Assembly (NCBI GenBank): GCA_019637335.1
Contig: JAHBVV010000019.1
Location: 391-64,390, forward strand
Direction of reading: 5' to 3'
Length of the DNA stretch: 64,000 nucleotides
From: Candidatus Hydrogenedentota bacterium
Lineage (GTDB): Bacteria; Hydrogenedentota; Hydrogenedentia; Hydrogenedentales; JAEUWI01
The position numbers and the translations under genes are program-made. Under the pieces are notes generated by a model, which was not told the DNA's origin, did no database searches, and worked only from the letters and a program-made list of their open reading frames with translations. Shown here piece by piece: positions 20,408 to 30,072 of the stretch (the stretch's first letter is position 1; the number at the start of each line of letters is the position of its first letter).

Positions 20408-21805
20408 ATGGACACTCCCAAGGCGAAATACCGGTTGCTGGTGATTGACGACGAGTCGTTGATGCGTGAATACGTCGAAGAGGCCCTGGTTCGGGCGGGC
20501 TACACCGTCGACACGGCCTCGAATGGCGCGGACGGCGTGGCGCTGTTTGACGCGCACCAGCACGACGTGGTGGTGACGGATTTGAAGATGACCCCGATGG
20601 ACGGGCTTCAGGTGCTTCAGGCGATCGAGGAGCGTAAGACGCAGTCGCGGGTTATCGTGATGACGGCGTACGGCACGATCGAAACCGCCATCAGCGCGCT
20701 CAAGGGCGGGGCGGCGGATTACATTCTGAAACCGTTCACGCCCGACGTGCTCGAAGTGGCGGTAAGCCGGGCGCTGGAGCACCAGCGGCTGGCGCGAGAG
20801 AACCAGTACCTCCGGGAGGAGCTGAACGTTCGGTACCATGCGGCGGCGATGGTGGGGAACAGCCAGGGCATGCGCCGGGTGCATGACGAAATCGGCAAAG
20901 TCGCCAACAGCCGCGCAACCATCCTGATTCGCGGCGCGAGCGGCACGGGCAAGGAGCTTGTCGCCCGAGCGATCCACCACGGGGGCGGGCGCGCGGAGAA
21001 GCCTTTTGTGAAGGTGAACTGTGCGGCGCTGTCGGCGGGGATCCTGGAAAGCGAGCTTTTCGGTCACGAGAAGGGCGCGTTTACCGGGGCGCACGACCGG
21101 AAGATCGGGCGTTTTGAACTGGCGGATGGCGGGACGCTGCTGCTCGACGAGGTGAGCGAGATCAACGTGGAGTTGCAGGCGAAATTGTTGCGCGCGCTGC
21201 AGGAGCGGGAAATCGAGCGCGTGGGCGGCACGCGGACGATCCCGGTGGACACCCGCATCGTCGCGACGTCCAACCGCGATCTGGAGGCGGCGGTGCGCGA
21301 GGGGAAGTTCCGGGAGGACCTGTTTTTCCGGCTCAATGTGATCACGATTGAATTGCCGCCGTTGCGGGAGCGCCGGGAGGACGTCCCGCGCCTGGCCGAG
21401 CATTTTCTGCAGGTTTTCAACCGGGAGAACGGGCGCCGGATCCAGGGCTTTACAGAGGCGGCGCGCGACGCGCTGCTGGCGTATGCGTGGCCGGGGAATG
21501 TGCGTGAATTGCAGAACGCGATTGAGCGGGCGGTGGTGCTGGCGCGGGGGGAGTGGCTCACGCCGGACGATTTTCAGTTTAATACGGCGGGGCTGCTGGC
21601 CGGGGGGCGGGAGAATGGCGGCGGGTTGGCTCCGGGGACGACGGTGGCGGAGATGGAGCGCGCCTTGATCTTCAAGACGCTGGAGCATTGCGATCAGAAC
21701 CGGACGCGCGCGTCGGAATTGTTGGGGATCAGCGTCCGGACGTTGCGGAACAAGCTGAAGGAGTATCAGGACGCCGGGATTGAACCGCGAATGGACGCGA
21801 ATTGA
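20408..21805 (+). CDS. sigma-54-dependent Fis-family response regulator (NtrC/FleR-like)
   Basis: REC domain (LLVIDDE...VVTDLKMTPMDG). AAA+ sigma54-interaction domain (GASGTGKELVARAIH, ESELFGHEKGAFTGA, GAFTGA motif). C-terminal Fis HTH (NRTRASELLGISVRTLRNKLKEY). Confidence 0.9.
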   Translation: MDTPKAKYRLLVIDDESLMREYVEEALVRAGYTVDTASNGADGVALFDAHQHDVVVTDLKMTPMDGLQVLQAIEERKTQSRVIVMTAYGTIETAISALKGGAADYILKPFTPDVLEVAVSRALEHQRLARENQYLREELNVRYHAAAMVGNSQGMRRVHDEIGKVANSRATILIRGASGTGKELVARAIHHGGGRAEKPFVKVNCAALSAGILESELFGHEKGAFTGAHDRKIGRFELADGGTLLLDEVSEINVELQAKLLRALQEREIERVGGTRTIPVDTRIVATSNRDLEAAVREGKFREDLFFRLNVITIELPPLRERREDVPRLAEHFLQVFNRENGRRIQGFTEAARDALLAYAWPGNVRELQNAIERAVVLARGEWLTPDDFQFNTAGLLAGGRENGGGLAPGTTVAEMERALIFKTLEHCDQNRTRASELLGISVRTLRNKLKEYQDAGIEPRMDAN

Positions 21806-21823
21806 CGCGAATGAGGATCTGAA

Positions 21824-22260
21824 TTGGGGGTTGGTGTTGTGAGGTTGGGTGCGGTCGTTGCCGTGGGCAGGAATGCTCGCGATCCTGGGGGGCGATCGCG
21901 TAGCGCGGGTGTCGGTGGGGTTGGGGTGGCTTGGGTTGGGGGTGATCGCTCGTTCAGGGTGGTGGGGCTGGATGTGGGGTGGTTGTTGCTCCGGGCACAC
22001 GAACGCGCCTGGGGCGCGATCGCGTGGCACGGGTGTCGGTGGGGTTTGGGTGGATTGGGAAGGGTTGGGGAGCGTGTGGAATCCGGGGGTTGTGTTGGGT
22101 CAGGCAGGGATGCCTAACCTCCTGTTGCGTCGCTGGTGTGTGGTGGGGTTGGGTGGATTGGGAAGGGTTGGGGAGCGTGTGGAATCCGGGGGTTGTGTTG
22201 GGTCAGGCAGGGATGCCTGACCTCCTGTTGCGCCGCTGGTGTGGTGTAGGGTTGGTTGTT
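21824..22260. repeat. GT-rich repeat block. Includes a perfect ~105-bp tandem duplication (22044-22148 / 22149-22253) with the hairpin GTCAGGCAGGGATGCCTGAC
   Basis: The two 105-bp units differ at about three positions. The upstream part (GGTTGTTGCTCCGGGCACACGAACGCGCCTGGGGCGCGATCGCGTGGCACGGG) matches 6695-6750. Confidence 0.8.
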
Positions 22261-22261
22261 T

Positions 22262-22300
22262 GCTTTTTGGCCGATATTTTGATATATTTAGAAATATGGA
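22262..22300 (+). promoter_or_regulatory. AT-rich putative ars promoter/ArsR operator with inverted repeat ATATTT-N13-AAATAT
   Basis: TTGGCCGATATTTTGATATATTTAGAAATATGG lies immediately upstream of and overlaps the arsR start. It is the only AT-rich stretch in its GC-rich surroundings. Confidence 0.4.
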
Positions 22301-22661
22301 AACTATGGATGCGATAGGCGCGCTGCAGAGTCTGGCGCAGGAGACGCGGCTGGCGGTGTTTCGGCTGCTGGTGCGGGCGGGTCACGGCGGTATGACGGCG
22401 GGCGACATTGCGGGCGCGCTGGATGTTCCGGGGCCGACGCTTTCGTTTCATCTGAAGCACCTTTGTCATGCGGGGCTGATTACGTGTCGCCGGGACGGGC
22501 GGTCGCTGTGGTATCGCGTGGAGTTCGAGCAGGTGCGTCTGTTGCTGGCGTATCTGATGGAAGATTGTTGCCAGGGGAATCCGGCGGTATGCGGCGATGG
22601 CGCGCTGTTGTGCGGGATTTCGCCGGGAAACGATGGAGACGAACATGGCGGATGCTGCTGA
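22296..22661 (+). CDS. arsR: ArsR/SmtB family metalloregulatory transcriptional repressor
   Basis: Winged HTH (LAQETRLAVFRLL...GGMTAGDIAGALDVPGPTLSFHLKHLCHAGLI). C-terminal Cys-rich tail. Sits upstream of arsC and arsM. Confidence 0.75.
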   Translation: METMDAIGALQSLAQETRLAVFRLLVRAGHGGMTAGDIAGALDVPGPTLSFHLKHLCHAGLITCRRDGRSLWYRVEFEQVRLLLAYLMEDCCQGNPAVCGDGALLCGISPGNDGDEHGGCC

Positions 22662-23091
22662 AAAACTGAAGGTGCTGTTTCTCTGCACGGGGAATTCGTG
22701 CCGCAGCCAGATGGCGGAGGGTTGGGCGCGGGCGCTGAAGGGCAACGAAATCGAGGCGTATTCCGCGGGCATTGAGACGCACGGGCTGAATCCGAATGCG
22801 GTGCGGGTGATGGCGGAGGCGGGGGTGGACATTTCGGGTCACCAGAGCCAGCACCTGGACGAATTGAAGCATGTTTCGTTCGATTATGTGGTGACGGTTT
22901 GCGGCCACGCGCACGAGACGTGTCCGGTGTTTCCGGCGGGCGCGCGGGTGGTGCATGCCGGGTTTGACGATCCGCCGAAGCTGGCGAAGGACGCGAAGAC
23001 GGAAGCGGAACTGCTTGCGCCGTACCGGCGTGTGCGGGATGAAATCAAGGCGTACGTAGCGGGCCTGCCCCAGGCTTTTGAGGAGATCTGA
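22633..23091 (+). CDS. arsC: arsenate reductase, LMW-PTP (thioredoxin-coupled) family
   Basis: CTGNSCRSQMAEG P-loop, a DP motif and conserved Cys residues. Overlaps the arsR 3' end (operon). Confidence 0.85.
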   Translation: METNMADAAEKLKVLFLCTGNSCRSQMAEGWARALKGNEIEAYSAGIETHGLNPNAVRVMAEAGVDISGHQSQHLDELKHVSFDYVVTVCGHAHETCPVFPAGARVVHAGFDDPPKLAKDAKTEAELLAPYRRVRDEIKAYVAGLPQAFEEI

Positions 23092-23093
23092 AC

Positions 23094-23972
23094 ATGAGTG
23101 ATGCGCAAGCGATTCGAGAGACGGTCCGCGCGGGTTATGGCGCGATTGCCGAGGGCGGCGGATCGTGCTGCGGCCCGGCGACGAACTGCTGCGGCGGCGT
23201 AACGGCGGATGCCGCGACGGAGCTGGCGGCGGCGGTGGGCTATGACCTGGAGGATTTGAGCGCGCTGCCGGAGGGCGCCAACCTGGGCCTTTCCTGCGGG
23301 AACCCGACGGCGCTGGCGGCATTGAAGGCGGGCGAGGTGGTGCTCGACCTGGGCAGCGGCGGCGGCTTTGACGTGTTTATCGCGGGCCGCAAGGTGGGGC
23401 CCGGCGGCCGGGCGATCGGCGTGGACATGACGCCGGCGATGCTGGATCGCGCGCGGAAGAACATCGCCGGCTATCGCGAGCGGACGGGCCTGGACAACGT
23501 GGAGTTCCGGCTGGGCGAAATCGAGCACCTGCCGCTTCCGGATGAATCGGTGGATGTGGTTATCTCCAATTGCGTTATTAATCTGTCGCCGGACAAGCCC
23601 CAGGTGTGGCGCGAGATCGCGCGCGTGCTCAAGCCCGGCGGGCGCGTGGCCGTGAGCGACATCGCGCTGCTGAAACCGCTGCCCGCGGAGGTGGTGGCCA
23701 TGGCCGAGGCTCTGATCGGGTGCATTGCGGGCGCGGTGACCGTGGCGGAGACGGCGCGGATGGCGGAGGCGGCTGGGCTGGAGCGCATTGCGCTGGATCC
23801 GAAGAGCGCGTATGTGGACGCGATGATGGATTCGGTGCAGGATTTCTCCTACCGCGAGATGATGGCGCACCTGCCGGAAGGCGCGAAGGCGAGCGATTTT
23901 GTGGTGAGCCTCGGTGTGAGCGCGGTGAAGCCGGGCGGCGCGGAAGCGTGCTGCGGGCCGGGTTGCTGCTGA
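23094..23972 (+). CDS. arsM: arsenite S-adenosylmethionine methyltransferase
   Basis: N-terminal Cys pairs (GGSCCGPATNCCGG). SAM-binding motif VLDLGSGGGFDV. C-terminal CCGPGCC. The overall pattern matches ArsM/AS3MT. Confidence 0.85.
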   Translation: MSDAQAIRETVRAGYGAIAEGGGSCCGPATNCCGGVTADAATELAAAVGYDLEDLSALPEGANLGLSCGNPTALAALKAGEVVLDLGSGGGFDVFIAGRKVGPGGRAIGVDMTPAMLDRARKNIAGYRERTGLDNVEFRLGEIEHLPLPDESVDVVISNCVINLSPDKPQVWREIARVLKPGGRVAVSDIALLKPLPAEVVAMAEALIGCIAGAVTVAETARMAEAAGLERIALDPKSAYVDAMMDSVQDFSYREMMAHLPEGAKASDFVVSLGVSAVKPGGAEACCGPGCC

Positions 23973-23984
23973 GCGATGGGGGGC

Positions 23985-24200
23985 CGCGGGGCCGCAACCA
24001 AAGAAATGATCACCACGAAGGGCGCGAAGACCACGAAGCGAAGGAGAGACGAAGCTTTGACCGCAGAGAACGCAGAGAGCGCATAGGGTGATTTCTTGTA
24101 CGCAGAGGGATTGGGTGGATGATCTAGAGCGCATTCTTAACCACGAATGAACACCAATGCACACGAATGCATCGGGAGCAGCCGCGGGCGGCGATAAAGA
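23985..24200 (+). repeat. ~200-bp interspersed repeat element, copy 1 (GGCCGCAACCAAAGAAATGATCACCACGAAGGGCGCGAAGACCACGAAG...CGCAGAGAACGCAGAGAGCGCATAG...CCACGAATGAACACCAATGCACACGAATGC)
   Basis: Near-identical 5' part to 24346-24560. A reverse-complement copy is at 59620-59850. Confidence 0.75.
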
Positions 24201-24345
24201 ATTGTGCCCACGGATTGCACTGATGACACGGATAGAAAATGATTTCGGTCGTTGGGGTGTGCAGGCGGCTGCGTGCTGTTTCCAAGGCAGCCTGTTTGGA
24301 TTGTTCAGCATCGGAATTGTAGCGGGGTTGATCGGTGGGCGGGCG

Positions 24346-24560
24346 GCTTCTGGCCGCAACCAAAGAAATGATCACCACGAAGGGCACGAAGACCACGAAG
24401 GAAAGAAGTTGGAGAAGGATTGATATTCACGCGAAGGCGCAAATACGCAAAGAAGCTGGTGTGGGCGTGATGCACAGTCACGGCGGGCGGGGGACTGGAT
24501 TTGGAGCCACAAAGAGCGCATAGAACACAGAGAAATTCTGTGATGGCGACTGGCCTGAGG
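24346..24560 (+). repeat. ~200-bp interspersed repeat element, copy 2
   Basis: The first ~50 nt are identical to copy 1 with one mismatch. The 3' part is diverged. Confidence 0.75.
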
Positions 24561-25001
24561 GGCATCTTCTTCCCGAAGGGCCAGCGCAGCCTGGTGTGAT
24601 CGCGAGTGGAAAGACCGAATACAGCGTCCTGGCTATCATGCCGATAAACCGTTTTTCATCAATGACTTGTGCTGTGGCGTGTTTGGAAATCCTGCTAAAA
24701 AAATTGACGGATAGTAGTACGAATGAAGAACAGGTGTTTCAGGCTCGGGATTCCGGGACTGCGGTGATGGCGTCAACGGGTCGTTCAGACACAAAGCACG
24801 CGTTGTCTCAGGCTGGAAGCCCAAGCGACGTTGGCGCATGTTGAATGATCTCGGTGTCCGTGGATCCACGGGGGCTGTCATTTCGGCGGGAAACCTGTTG
24901 TTGAGACGGATCGTGGCGGCTTACGCCGGGCCGCAGAAATTTTTTGAAAGGTAAGATCGATGGGTTGCTCCACCGTACCGGCCCCGAGCACGGGCCAGGC
25001 C

Positions 25002-26156
25002 ATGGGTATTTTTGAACGTTACCTGACCGTATGGGTGGGGCTGTGCATTGCCGGCGGGATTGTGCTGGGGAAGGTGGCGCCGGGTGTCGCCTCGACGCTT
25101 GACGGTCTGTCTATCAACGTGAATGGCGCGCCGGTCGTCTCGATTCCGATTGCGGTCTGCCTGTTTTTCATGATGTACCCGATCATGGTGAAGATTGACT
25201 TCGCCAGCGTGGTGCGGGCGGGGAAATCCGGCAAGCCCGTGCTGCTCACGTTGTTCATCAACTGGGGCATCAAGCCGTTTACGATGTACGGCATCGCCGC
25301 GCTGTTTCTCGGGGTGCTGTTTCGCGGGTTCATCGGCGAAGACGCCACGGATCTGGTGAAGATGCCGTTCGGGCTTGACCTGCCGGTCGGGGCGGAGTAC
25401 GGTTCGGGCGTGGTCGTGCTGCACGAGGGGGCGAAGATGCTACAGGTCCCGCTGTGGCGCAGCTACCTGGCGGGCTGTATTCTGCTCGGCATTGCGCCCT
25501 GCACGGCGATGGTGCTGGTTTGGGGTTTCCTCTCGCGCGGCAATGACGGGCTGACCCTGGTCATGGTGGCCATCAACTCGCTGACCATGCTGGTGCTCTA
25601 CGGCGTGCTGGGCGGTTTTCTGCTGGGCGTGGGGCGGCTTCCGGTTCCGTGGCAGGCGCTGCTGCTTTCGATTGGGGCGTATGTCGCGCTGCCGCTGGTT
25701 GCGGGGTACTTCAGCCGCCGCTGGATCATCGCGGCGAAGGGGGAGGCGTGGTTCAAGGAGAAATTCCTGCACGTGCTGACGCCGATCACCATTGTGGCGC
25801 TCCTGGTGACGCTTGTGCTGCTTTTTTCTTTCAAGGGTGAAGTGATCCTTGAAAACCCGCTGACGATCCTCTGGATTGCGATCCCGCTTTTCATCCAGAC
25901 TGTGGCCATTTTCGCGCTGGGCTATTTTCTGGCATGGACGCTTAAGCTGCGTTACGAAGACGCCGCGCCGGCCGCCATGATTGGCGCGTCGAACCACTTT
26001 GAAGTCGCGATAGCGACCGCTGTGATGCTTTTCGGGCTTTCGAGCGGGGCCGCACTGGCGACGGTGGTGGGGGTGCTTATTGAAGTGCCGTTGATGCTGA
26101 TGCTCGTACGTTTCTGTCTGCGCACGCGGGGGGCCTTCGGTCCGGGCGGAGATTGA
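25002..26156 (+). CDS. acr3: ACR3 family arsenite efflux transporter
   Basis: The N-terminus [24 protein letters not shown] is typical of ACR3. There are ten TM helices, including the conserved Cys-containing TM4 region. Confidence 0.85.
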   Translation: MGIFERYLTVWVGLCIAGGIVLGKVAPGVASTLDGLSINVNGAPVVSIPIAVCLFFMMYPIMVKIDFASVVRAGKSGKPVLLTLFINWGIKPFTMYGIAALFLGVLFRGFIGEDATDLVKMPFGLDLPVGAEYGSGVVVLHEGAKMLQVPLWRSYLAGCILLGIAPCTAMVLVWGFLSRGNDGLTLVMVAINSLTMLVLYGVLGGFLLGVGRLPVPWQALLLSIGAYVALPLVAGYFSRRWIIAAKGEAWFKEKFLHVLTPITIVALLVTLVLLFSFKGEVILENPLTILWIAIPLFIQTVAIFALGYFLAWTLKLRYEDAAPAAMIGASNHFEVAIATAVMLFGLSSGAALATVVGVLIEVPLMLMLVRFCLRTRGAFGPGGD

Positions 26157-26158
26157 GT

Positions 26159-26437
26159 TCAGCGCCCGTAGTTTCGGTTCATACGGTAGACGAAGGCGAG
26201 GACTTCGGCGACGGCCTGGTAAAGCTCTTCGGGGACGGGGCTGTTGAGATCGAGTTTGGCGAGGAGGCCGACGAGGTCGGGGTCCTGCTCGATGTGGATG
26301 CCTTCGGCGCGGGCGATTTCGAGGATGCGATCGGCGATTTTTCCCTGGCCCTTGGCGATGACGCGGGGGGCGTCGTCCTCGCCGGCGTTGTAGCGGAGGG
26401 CGACGGCTTTCGGGAGGTTTTCGCGGGGTTCCTTCAT
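26159..26437 (-). CDS. FlhB C-terminal domain-like protein (EscU/YscU/FlhB family, small stand-alone form)
   Basis: 92 aa. KAVALRYNAGEDDAPRVIAKGQGKIADRILEIARAEGIHIEQDPDLVGLLAK matches the FlhB/YscU cytoplasmic domain. Sits downstream of the fliK-like gene. Confidence 0.7.
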   Translation of the reverse strand: MKEPRENLPKAVALRYNAGEDDAPRVIAKGQGKIADRILEIARAEGIHIEQDPDLVGLLAKLDLNSPVPEELYQAVAEVLAFVYRMNRNYGR

Positions 26438-27675
26438 CCTTCGAGGTCCAGTTTCTGGTAGGGCGCGAGCAGGTGTATGAGCGCCTCGATGCGGTCTCCG
26501 TCCCCGGCTTCCACGGTGACGTCCGCATCCGGGTAGCCCGCCGTGGCGAGGGCTTCCCGGAGGGCGGGCGCGGATTCCGCCAGGTGGGCGGCGACGCCGG
26601 GGTCAGCCGCGCGAATGTGACAGGCGCAATGCGTTCCGGCGGCGCGCAGGGCGACCCAGAGGGGCCCGAGGCGGGTGGTATCGAGATCCAGGATGGCCTG
26701 GGCGGGCTGCCCGCGCCGGCCCCGCCCTTGCGCTCCGCCTTCGCCGAAGAGGTGGAGGTCGGCGCGGAAGAATCCGCCGGATTCCCGCACGGGGAGCGAA
26801 AGGAACTGGTAGGGTTGATCGAGGCTGCGGAGGTTTTGCAGGTCGGCCCCGCGGGTGTGTTCGGCGAGGCGGTTTGCCGCTTCTTGAAAATTCTGTAGCT
26901 GTCCGCGTTCGGTGGCGAGGGCGCGAAACGCGGGGTCATCGAGCAGGCGCTGGGCCAGCGACGCGGCGGAATCCCGCAAGGCGGCGAGTTCCGCGCGCGC
27001 GGCGGGGCTCGCGATCGCGCGGGCGATTCGCGCGGCGGCGTGGTGTTCGGCGCGGGCCTGATCGAGCAGCGCGCGCCAGGCCGCGGGGCGATCCGAGTCG
27101 AGGCCGAGCCAGCGCGTCACCGATGCGGCGAGGTCCGGGGGGAGCACGCCTTCCGGCTGGAGGGCGGCCAACACCTGCTGGAACTGTCCCAGGGCCTGCG
27201 CGGCGCCCCGGTCCGCCAGCAGCGCGCGGACGACCGGCTCGATGGCCTGGGCTGTCGCGGGGAGCGCGGGCGGGAGCACGGCGGGAATGCGCGGCGCCAG
27301 GTCGGTTCTGCCGAGGGCCTCCAGCACGGGCTGGATGGCGCCGCTCAGGGTGGTGGCGGCGGGGGCGGCTCCTGGTGAGGTCGCGGCGGTGGCCTGTGCG
27401 CTGGTTGCGGTTGCGGTTGGCGCGGCGTGGGGCGCGACGGGGCGGATTTCGATCTGTACGCCGTTGGCGGCGGCGCGCACGGTGAGGATGACGCGCTGTC
27501 CTTCGCGCAAACCGCTATCCGGCGGGATCGGGATGGAGAGCGGGCCGGTGTGGGCGACGAGGGCGCCGTCGAGGAGCCGGATCAGGGCGCTGTGGGTCTG
27601 GCCGGTGTAGAGTGCGGCGTGGGGGGGCGCCGGGGTTACGAAAACCGGGGCCGGCAGGTGGCCGCCGGTCAGCAT
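26434..27675 (-). CDS. flagellar hook-length control protein FliK-like
   Basis: Ala/Pro-rich central region. The C-terminal Flg_hook-like segment is (LDLDTTRLGPLWVALRAAGTHCACHIRAADPGVAAHLAESAPALREALATAGY). Flagellar gene context. Confidence 0.55.
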   Translation of the reverse strand: MLTGGHLPAPVFVTPAPPHAALYTGQTHSALIRLLDGALVAHTGPLSIPIPPDSGLREGQRVILTVRAAANGVQIEIRPVAPHAAPTATATSAQATAATSPGAAPAATTLSGAIQPVLEALGRTDLAPRIPAVLPPALPATAQAIEPVVRALLADRGAAQALGQFQQVLAALQPEGVLPPDLAASVTRWLGLDSDRPAAWRALLDQARAEHHAAARIARAIASPAARAELAALRDSAASLAQRLLDDPAFRALATERGQLQNFQEAANRLAEHTRGADLQNLRSLDQPYQFLSLPVRESGGFFRADLHLFGEGGAQGRGRRGQPAQAILDLDTTRLGPLWVALRAAGTHCACHIRAADPGVAAHLAESAPALREALATAGYPDADVTVEAGDGDRIEALIHLLAPYQKLDLEG

Positions 27676-27712
27676 GGGCCGTGTCCGCCCGCGTCCGGGG
27701 GGCGCCGGGAGA

Positions 27713-28888
27713 TCATGCGCGCGGGGGCGACTGCTGCCGGGCCAGGCTGAGCATGAGCCGGACTTCGCCCTTTCCGATGCCCAGCTCGCGCGAAACTTGC
27801 GCCACGGTCATCCCGGCTTCACTGTATTCCAGGACCCGCTGTTGCAGCGGAATGCTGAGGTGATCCTGGCTTTCGGGCGGCGCGGGGTGCGTATCGCGGG
27901 ACGCGCTGTCTCCGGGCACGAAGTCGAGCGGGCGGTCGATGTCCGGGCTTGCTGGCGATTGGGCGGGCATGTTGAGGAGGGCCCGGAAGGCCTCGCGCGC
28001 GGCGTCCCCATTGCCCGGGCCGGCATCCGCGGGATCGGGTGGCGCCGGCGCGGGGGGGGCTGGGCGCGGCGGCGGTTGTTTTTCCTCGATTGCGGGTTCC
28101 GGCGGGAGGAGATCCTCGGCGATCCAGGAGGTGAAGGGGGCGCGCGTGACGCCGGTATCTCGCAAGCGTTCGGCCTCCTCGGGGGTGAGGCTTTGAGCGC
28201 GATCCCGGGCCGGGGCGGCGGCGCGGGCGGGCAGCGGATCGGGATCGCGCGGCGTCGCGGGCAGATCGCGCGGGTCCTCGCGCACCAGGGGCTCGCGCAC
28301 CAGGGCATCGCTTGTGCGCGGCAGCGCGGCGGCGGGCGTCTGGGCGGGTCGTGCGGGTTGCACAGCCGGTTCGGCGCGTGGGGGCAGGGTTGCGGCGCCG
28401 CTCAAGTTTGCGAGGGCTGGTGCGGGCTTACGCGGCGGCGCGGTTGCGGGTTCCGGGGCCTTTGCGCCGTTGGGGGCCGGGCCTGCCGGGGCGGGGGCCT
28501 GTGCGCGGGCCAGCTGGCGGTAGATTCCGTCGATCCGTGCCTGGGCCTCTTCCAGTTCCGCCGTGATGCGCTGCTGTTTTTCGTAAAGCTGCTTGTTTTT
28601 TTCCATACCCTGGTGGAGGATATGTTTGACCTGCTCCATCTTGTGTTCGAGTTCTTCGTTGAAGTCCTTCGCCAGGGATTTCTGCTGCCCGATGATGTCG
28701 CGCATGGTCTGGAAGAGAATGGTCATATCCGTGATGTCCGCACGGGCCTGCTTCAGCCGCTGGTCGGCTTTTCGCTCCGTGTGCCGGACGAGATAGGCGA
28801 AATAGGCGGCGACGGCCAGGCACGCGAGCGCCAGGGTGAAAAAGAAGACGATGAAAGCGCCCTGGTTTTGTTCGATGATTTCGTACAT
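27713..28888 (-). CDS. DUF2802-like flagellar-locus protein: N-terminal TM, coiled coil, Pro-rich linker, C-terminal HTH
   Basis: TM (FIVFFFTLALACLAVAAYFAYLV), then a coiled coil, then about 200 aa that are P/A-rich. The C-terminal segment is MTVAQVSRELGIGKGEVRLMLSLAR (HTH). Confidence 0.5.
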   Translation of the reverse strand: MYEIIEQNQGAFIVFFFTLALACLAVAAYFAYLVRHTERKADQRLKQARADITDMTILFQTMRDIIGQQKSLAKDFNEELEHKMEQVKHILHQGMEKNKQLYEKQQRITAELEEAQARIDGIYRQLARAQAPAPAGPAPNGAKAPEPATAPPRKPAPALANLSGAATLPPRAEPAVQPARPAQTPAAALPRTSDALVREPLVREDPRDLPATPRDPDPLPARAAAPARDRAQSLTPEEAERLRDTGVTRAPFTSWIAEDLLPPEPAIEEKQPPPRPAPPAPAPPDPADAGPGNGDAAREAFRALLNMPAQSPASPDIDRPLDFVPGDSASRDTHPAPPESQDHLSIPLQQRVLEYSEAGMTVAQVSRELGIGKGEVRLMLSLARQQSPPRA

Positions 28889-28946
28889 GCTCCCGCCTGT
28901 CAGCGCGGCGCCGCGCGCCGGGGCGCGGGGTTCAACCGCGCGCCTG

Positions 28947-29291
28947 TCAAATCTCTATATCGAGTGTCCGCCCTTCCGGCGCATCCGCGACGACATCTTT
29001 CTCCGCGGCGTCGTAGAAATGCCGGCTCCGTTCCTCTTCCGGGGCATCGGGCCGCCGTCCCTGGCTCCGCCGCCGCCCGGCGAAGGGGGGGCGGCGCTTT
29101 AGTTCCCGTTCGACTTCTTCGTTCTTCTGCATGGCCTGGCGCACCTGGGATTCGGCGCTGACCCGGGCTTCGGCGGCCTCGGCGGATACGCGCGCCTGGG
29201 CCGCGAGCGACGCCCGCTCGGCAATCTGCTGTATGCGCTCGGCCGCGGTTGCGCGCCCGATTTCGGTGTGCGGATCGATGGGCTGGGGCAT
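28947..29291 (-). CDS. hypothetical helical protein in the flagellar operon (an FlgM-like anti-sigma role is possible but unsupported)
   Basis: 114 aa, immediately downstream of fliA. No confident motif. Confidence 0.3.
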   Translation of the reverse strand: MPQPIDPHTEIGRATAAERIQQIAERASLAAQARVSAEAAEARVSAESQVRQAMQKNEEVERELKRRPPFAGRRRSQGRRPDAPEEERSRHFYDAAEKDVVADAPEGRTLDIEI

Positions 29292-29313
29292 GGAAACCTC
29301 CCGGGCGGTGCGG

Positions 29314-30072
29314 TCAGTCGTCTTCGTTAACCGCCTTCCGGAGCCGCTTCATGGCCGCGCTGTGGATCTGGCAGATGCGGGACTCGGAAACGTCGAGCAC
29401 CGCGCCAATCTCCTTCAGCGTAAGTTCTTCATAATAGTACAAGTTTAACACTTTTTGCTGCTGGTCGGGAAGATCGAGTATCGCGCGCACCAGCCGCTCC
29501 TTGCGCTCCTGGTGCTCGGCCGCGCTCGCGGGATGGGGCGCGGCGGGGTTCCCGATGAGTTCGAGCTTCCGCGTTTCGGCGCTGTCTTCGGACGGCAGGT
29601 AGTCGTCGAGCGAGAGAATCTGGGCGGTCTGGAGCTGGGCGACGGTGTCTTCCACTTGCTCGGCGGTGGCCCCGATTTCGCCGGCGATCGCGTCGAGGCT
29701 GGGTTCGCGGCCCTCGGCGTGGCGGAGTTTTTCGCGTGCGGCCCCGACTTTTCGGGCCATGGTGCGGAGCGAGCGCGGGGCCCAGTCCAGCGATCGGATC
29801 TGGTCGATGATGGCCCCGCGAATGCGAATGGAGGCGTAGGTCGAGAACTTGATGTCCTGCGTGTGGTCATATTTCTCGACGGCGTCCATCAGGCCCATGC
29901 ATCCCCAGCCCACGAGGTCGTCCATTTCGACGTTGCTGGGCACATGGATCGCCATGCGCCCGGCGATGAATTTGACGATCCGCATGTGGTGCAGGATCAG
30001 GGCGTCGCGGGCGGCGGAGTCGGCCGATTCCTTGAAGCGGCGCCAGAGATCTTTTTCTTCGGTATCTGTCAA
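29314..30072 (-). CDS. fliA: FliA/WhiG family RNA polymerase sigma-28 factor
   Basis: Sigma70 regions 2, 3 and 4 (HMRIVKFIAGR...; TLKEIGAVLDVSESRICQIHSAAMKRLR). Size 252 aa. Flagellar context. Confidence 0.9.
   Translation of the reverse strand: MTDTEEKDLWRRFKESADSAARDALILHHMRIVKFIAGRMAIHVPSNVEMDDLVGWGCMGLMDAVEKYDHTQDIKFSTYASIRIRGAIIDQIRSLDWAPRSLRTMARKVGAAREKLRHAEGREPSLDAIAGEIGATAEQVEDTVAQLQTAQILSLDDYLPSEDSAETRKLELIGNPAAPHPASAAEHQERKERLVRAILDLPDQQQKVLNLYYYEELTLKEIGAVLDVSESRICQIHSAAMKRLRKAVNEDD

Noticed and set aside
19421-22030. 869-aa minus-strand ORF
   Set aside because: It is antisense across the PAS kinase and NtrC-type regulator, which have unambiguous domain content on the plus strand. 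It is a GC-driven open frame.
22884-24359. 491-aa minus-strand ORF
   Set aside because: It is antisense to arsM and the repeat elements and has no motifs.
25440-26939. 499-aa minus-strand ORF
   Set aside because: It overlaps acr3 (antisense) and the FliK-like gene out of frame. The translation is R/P-rich.
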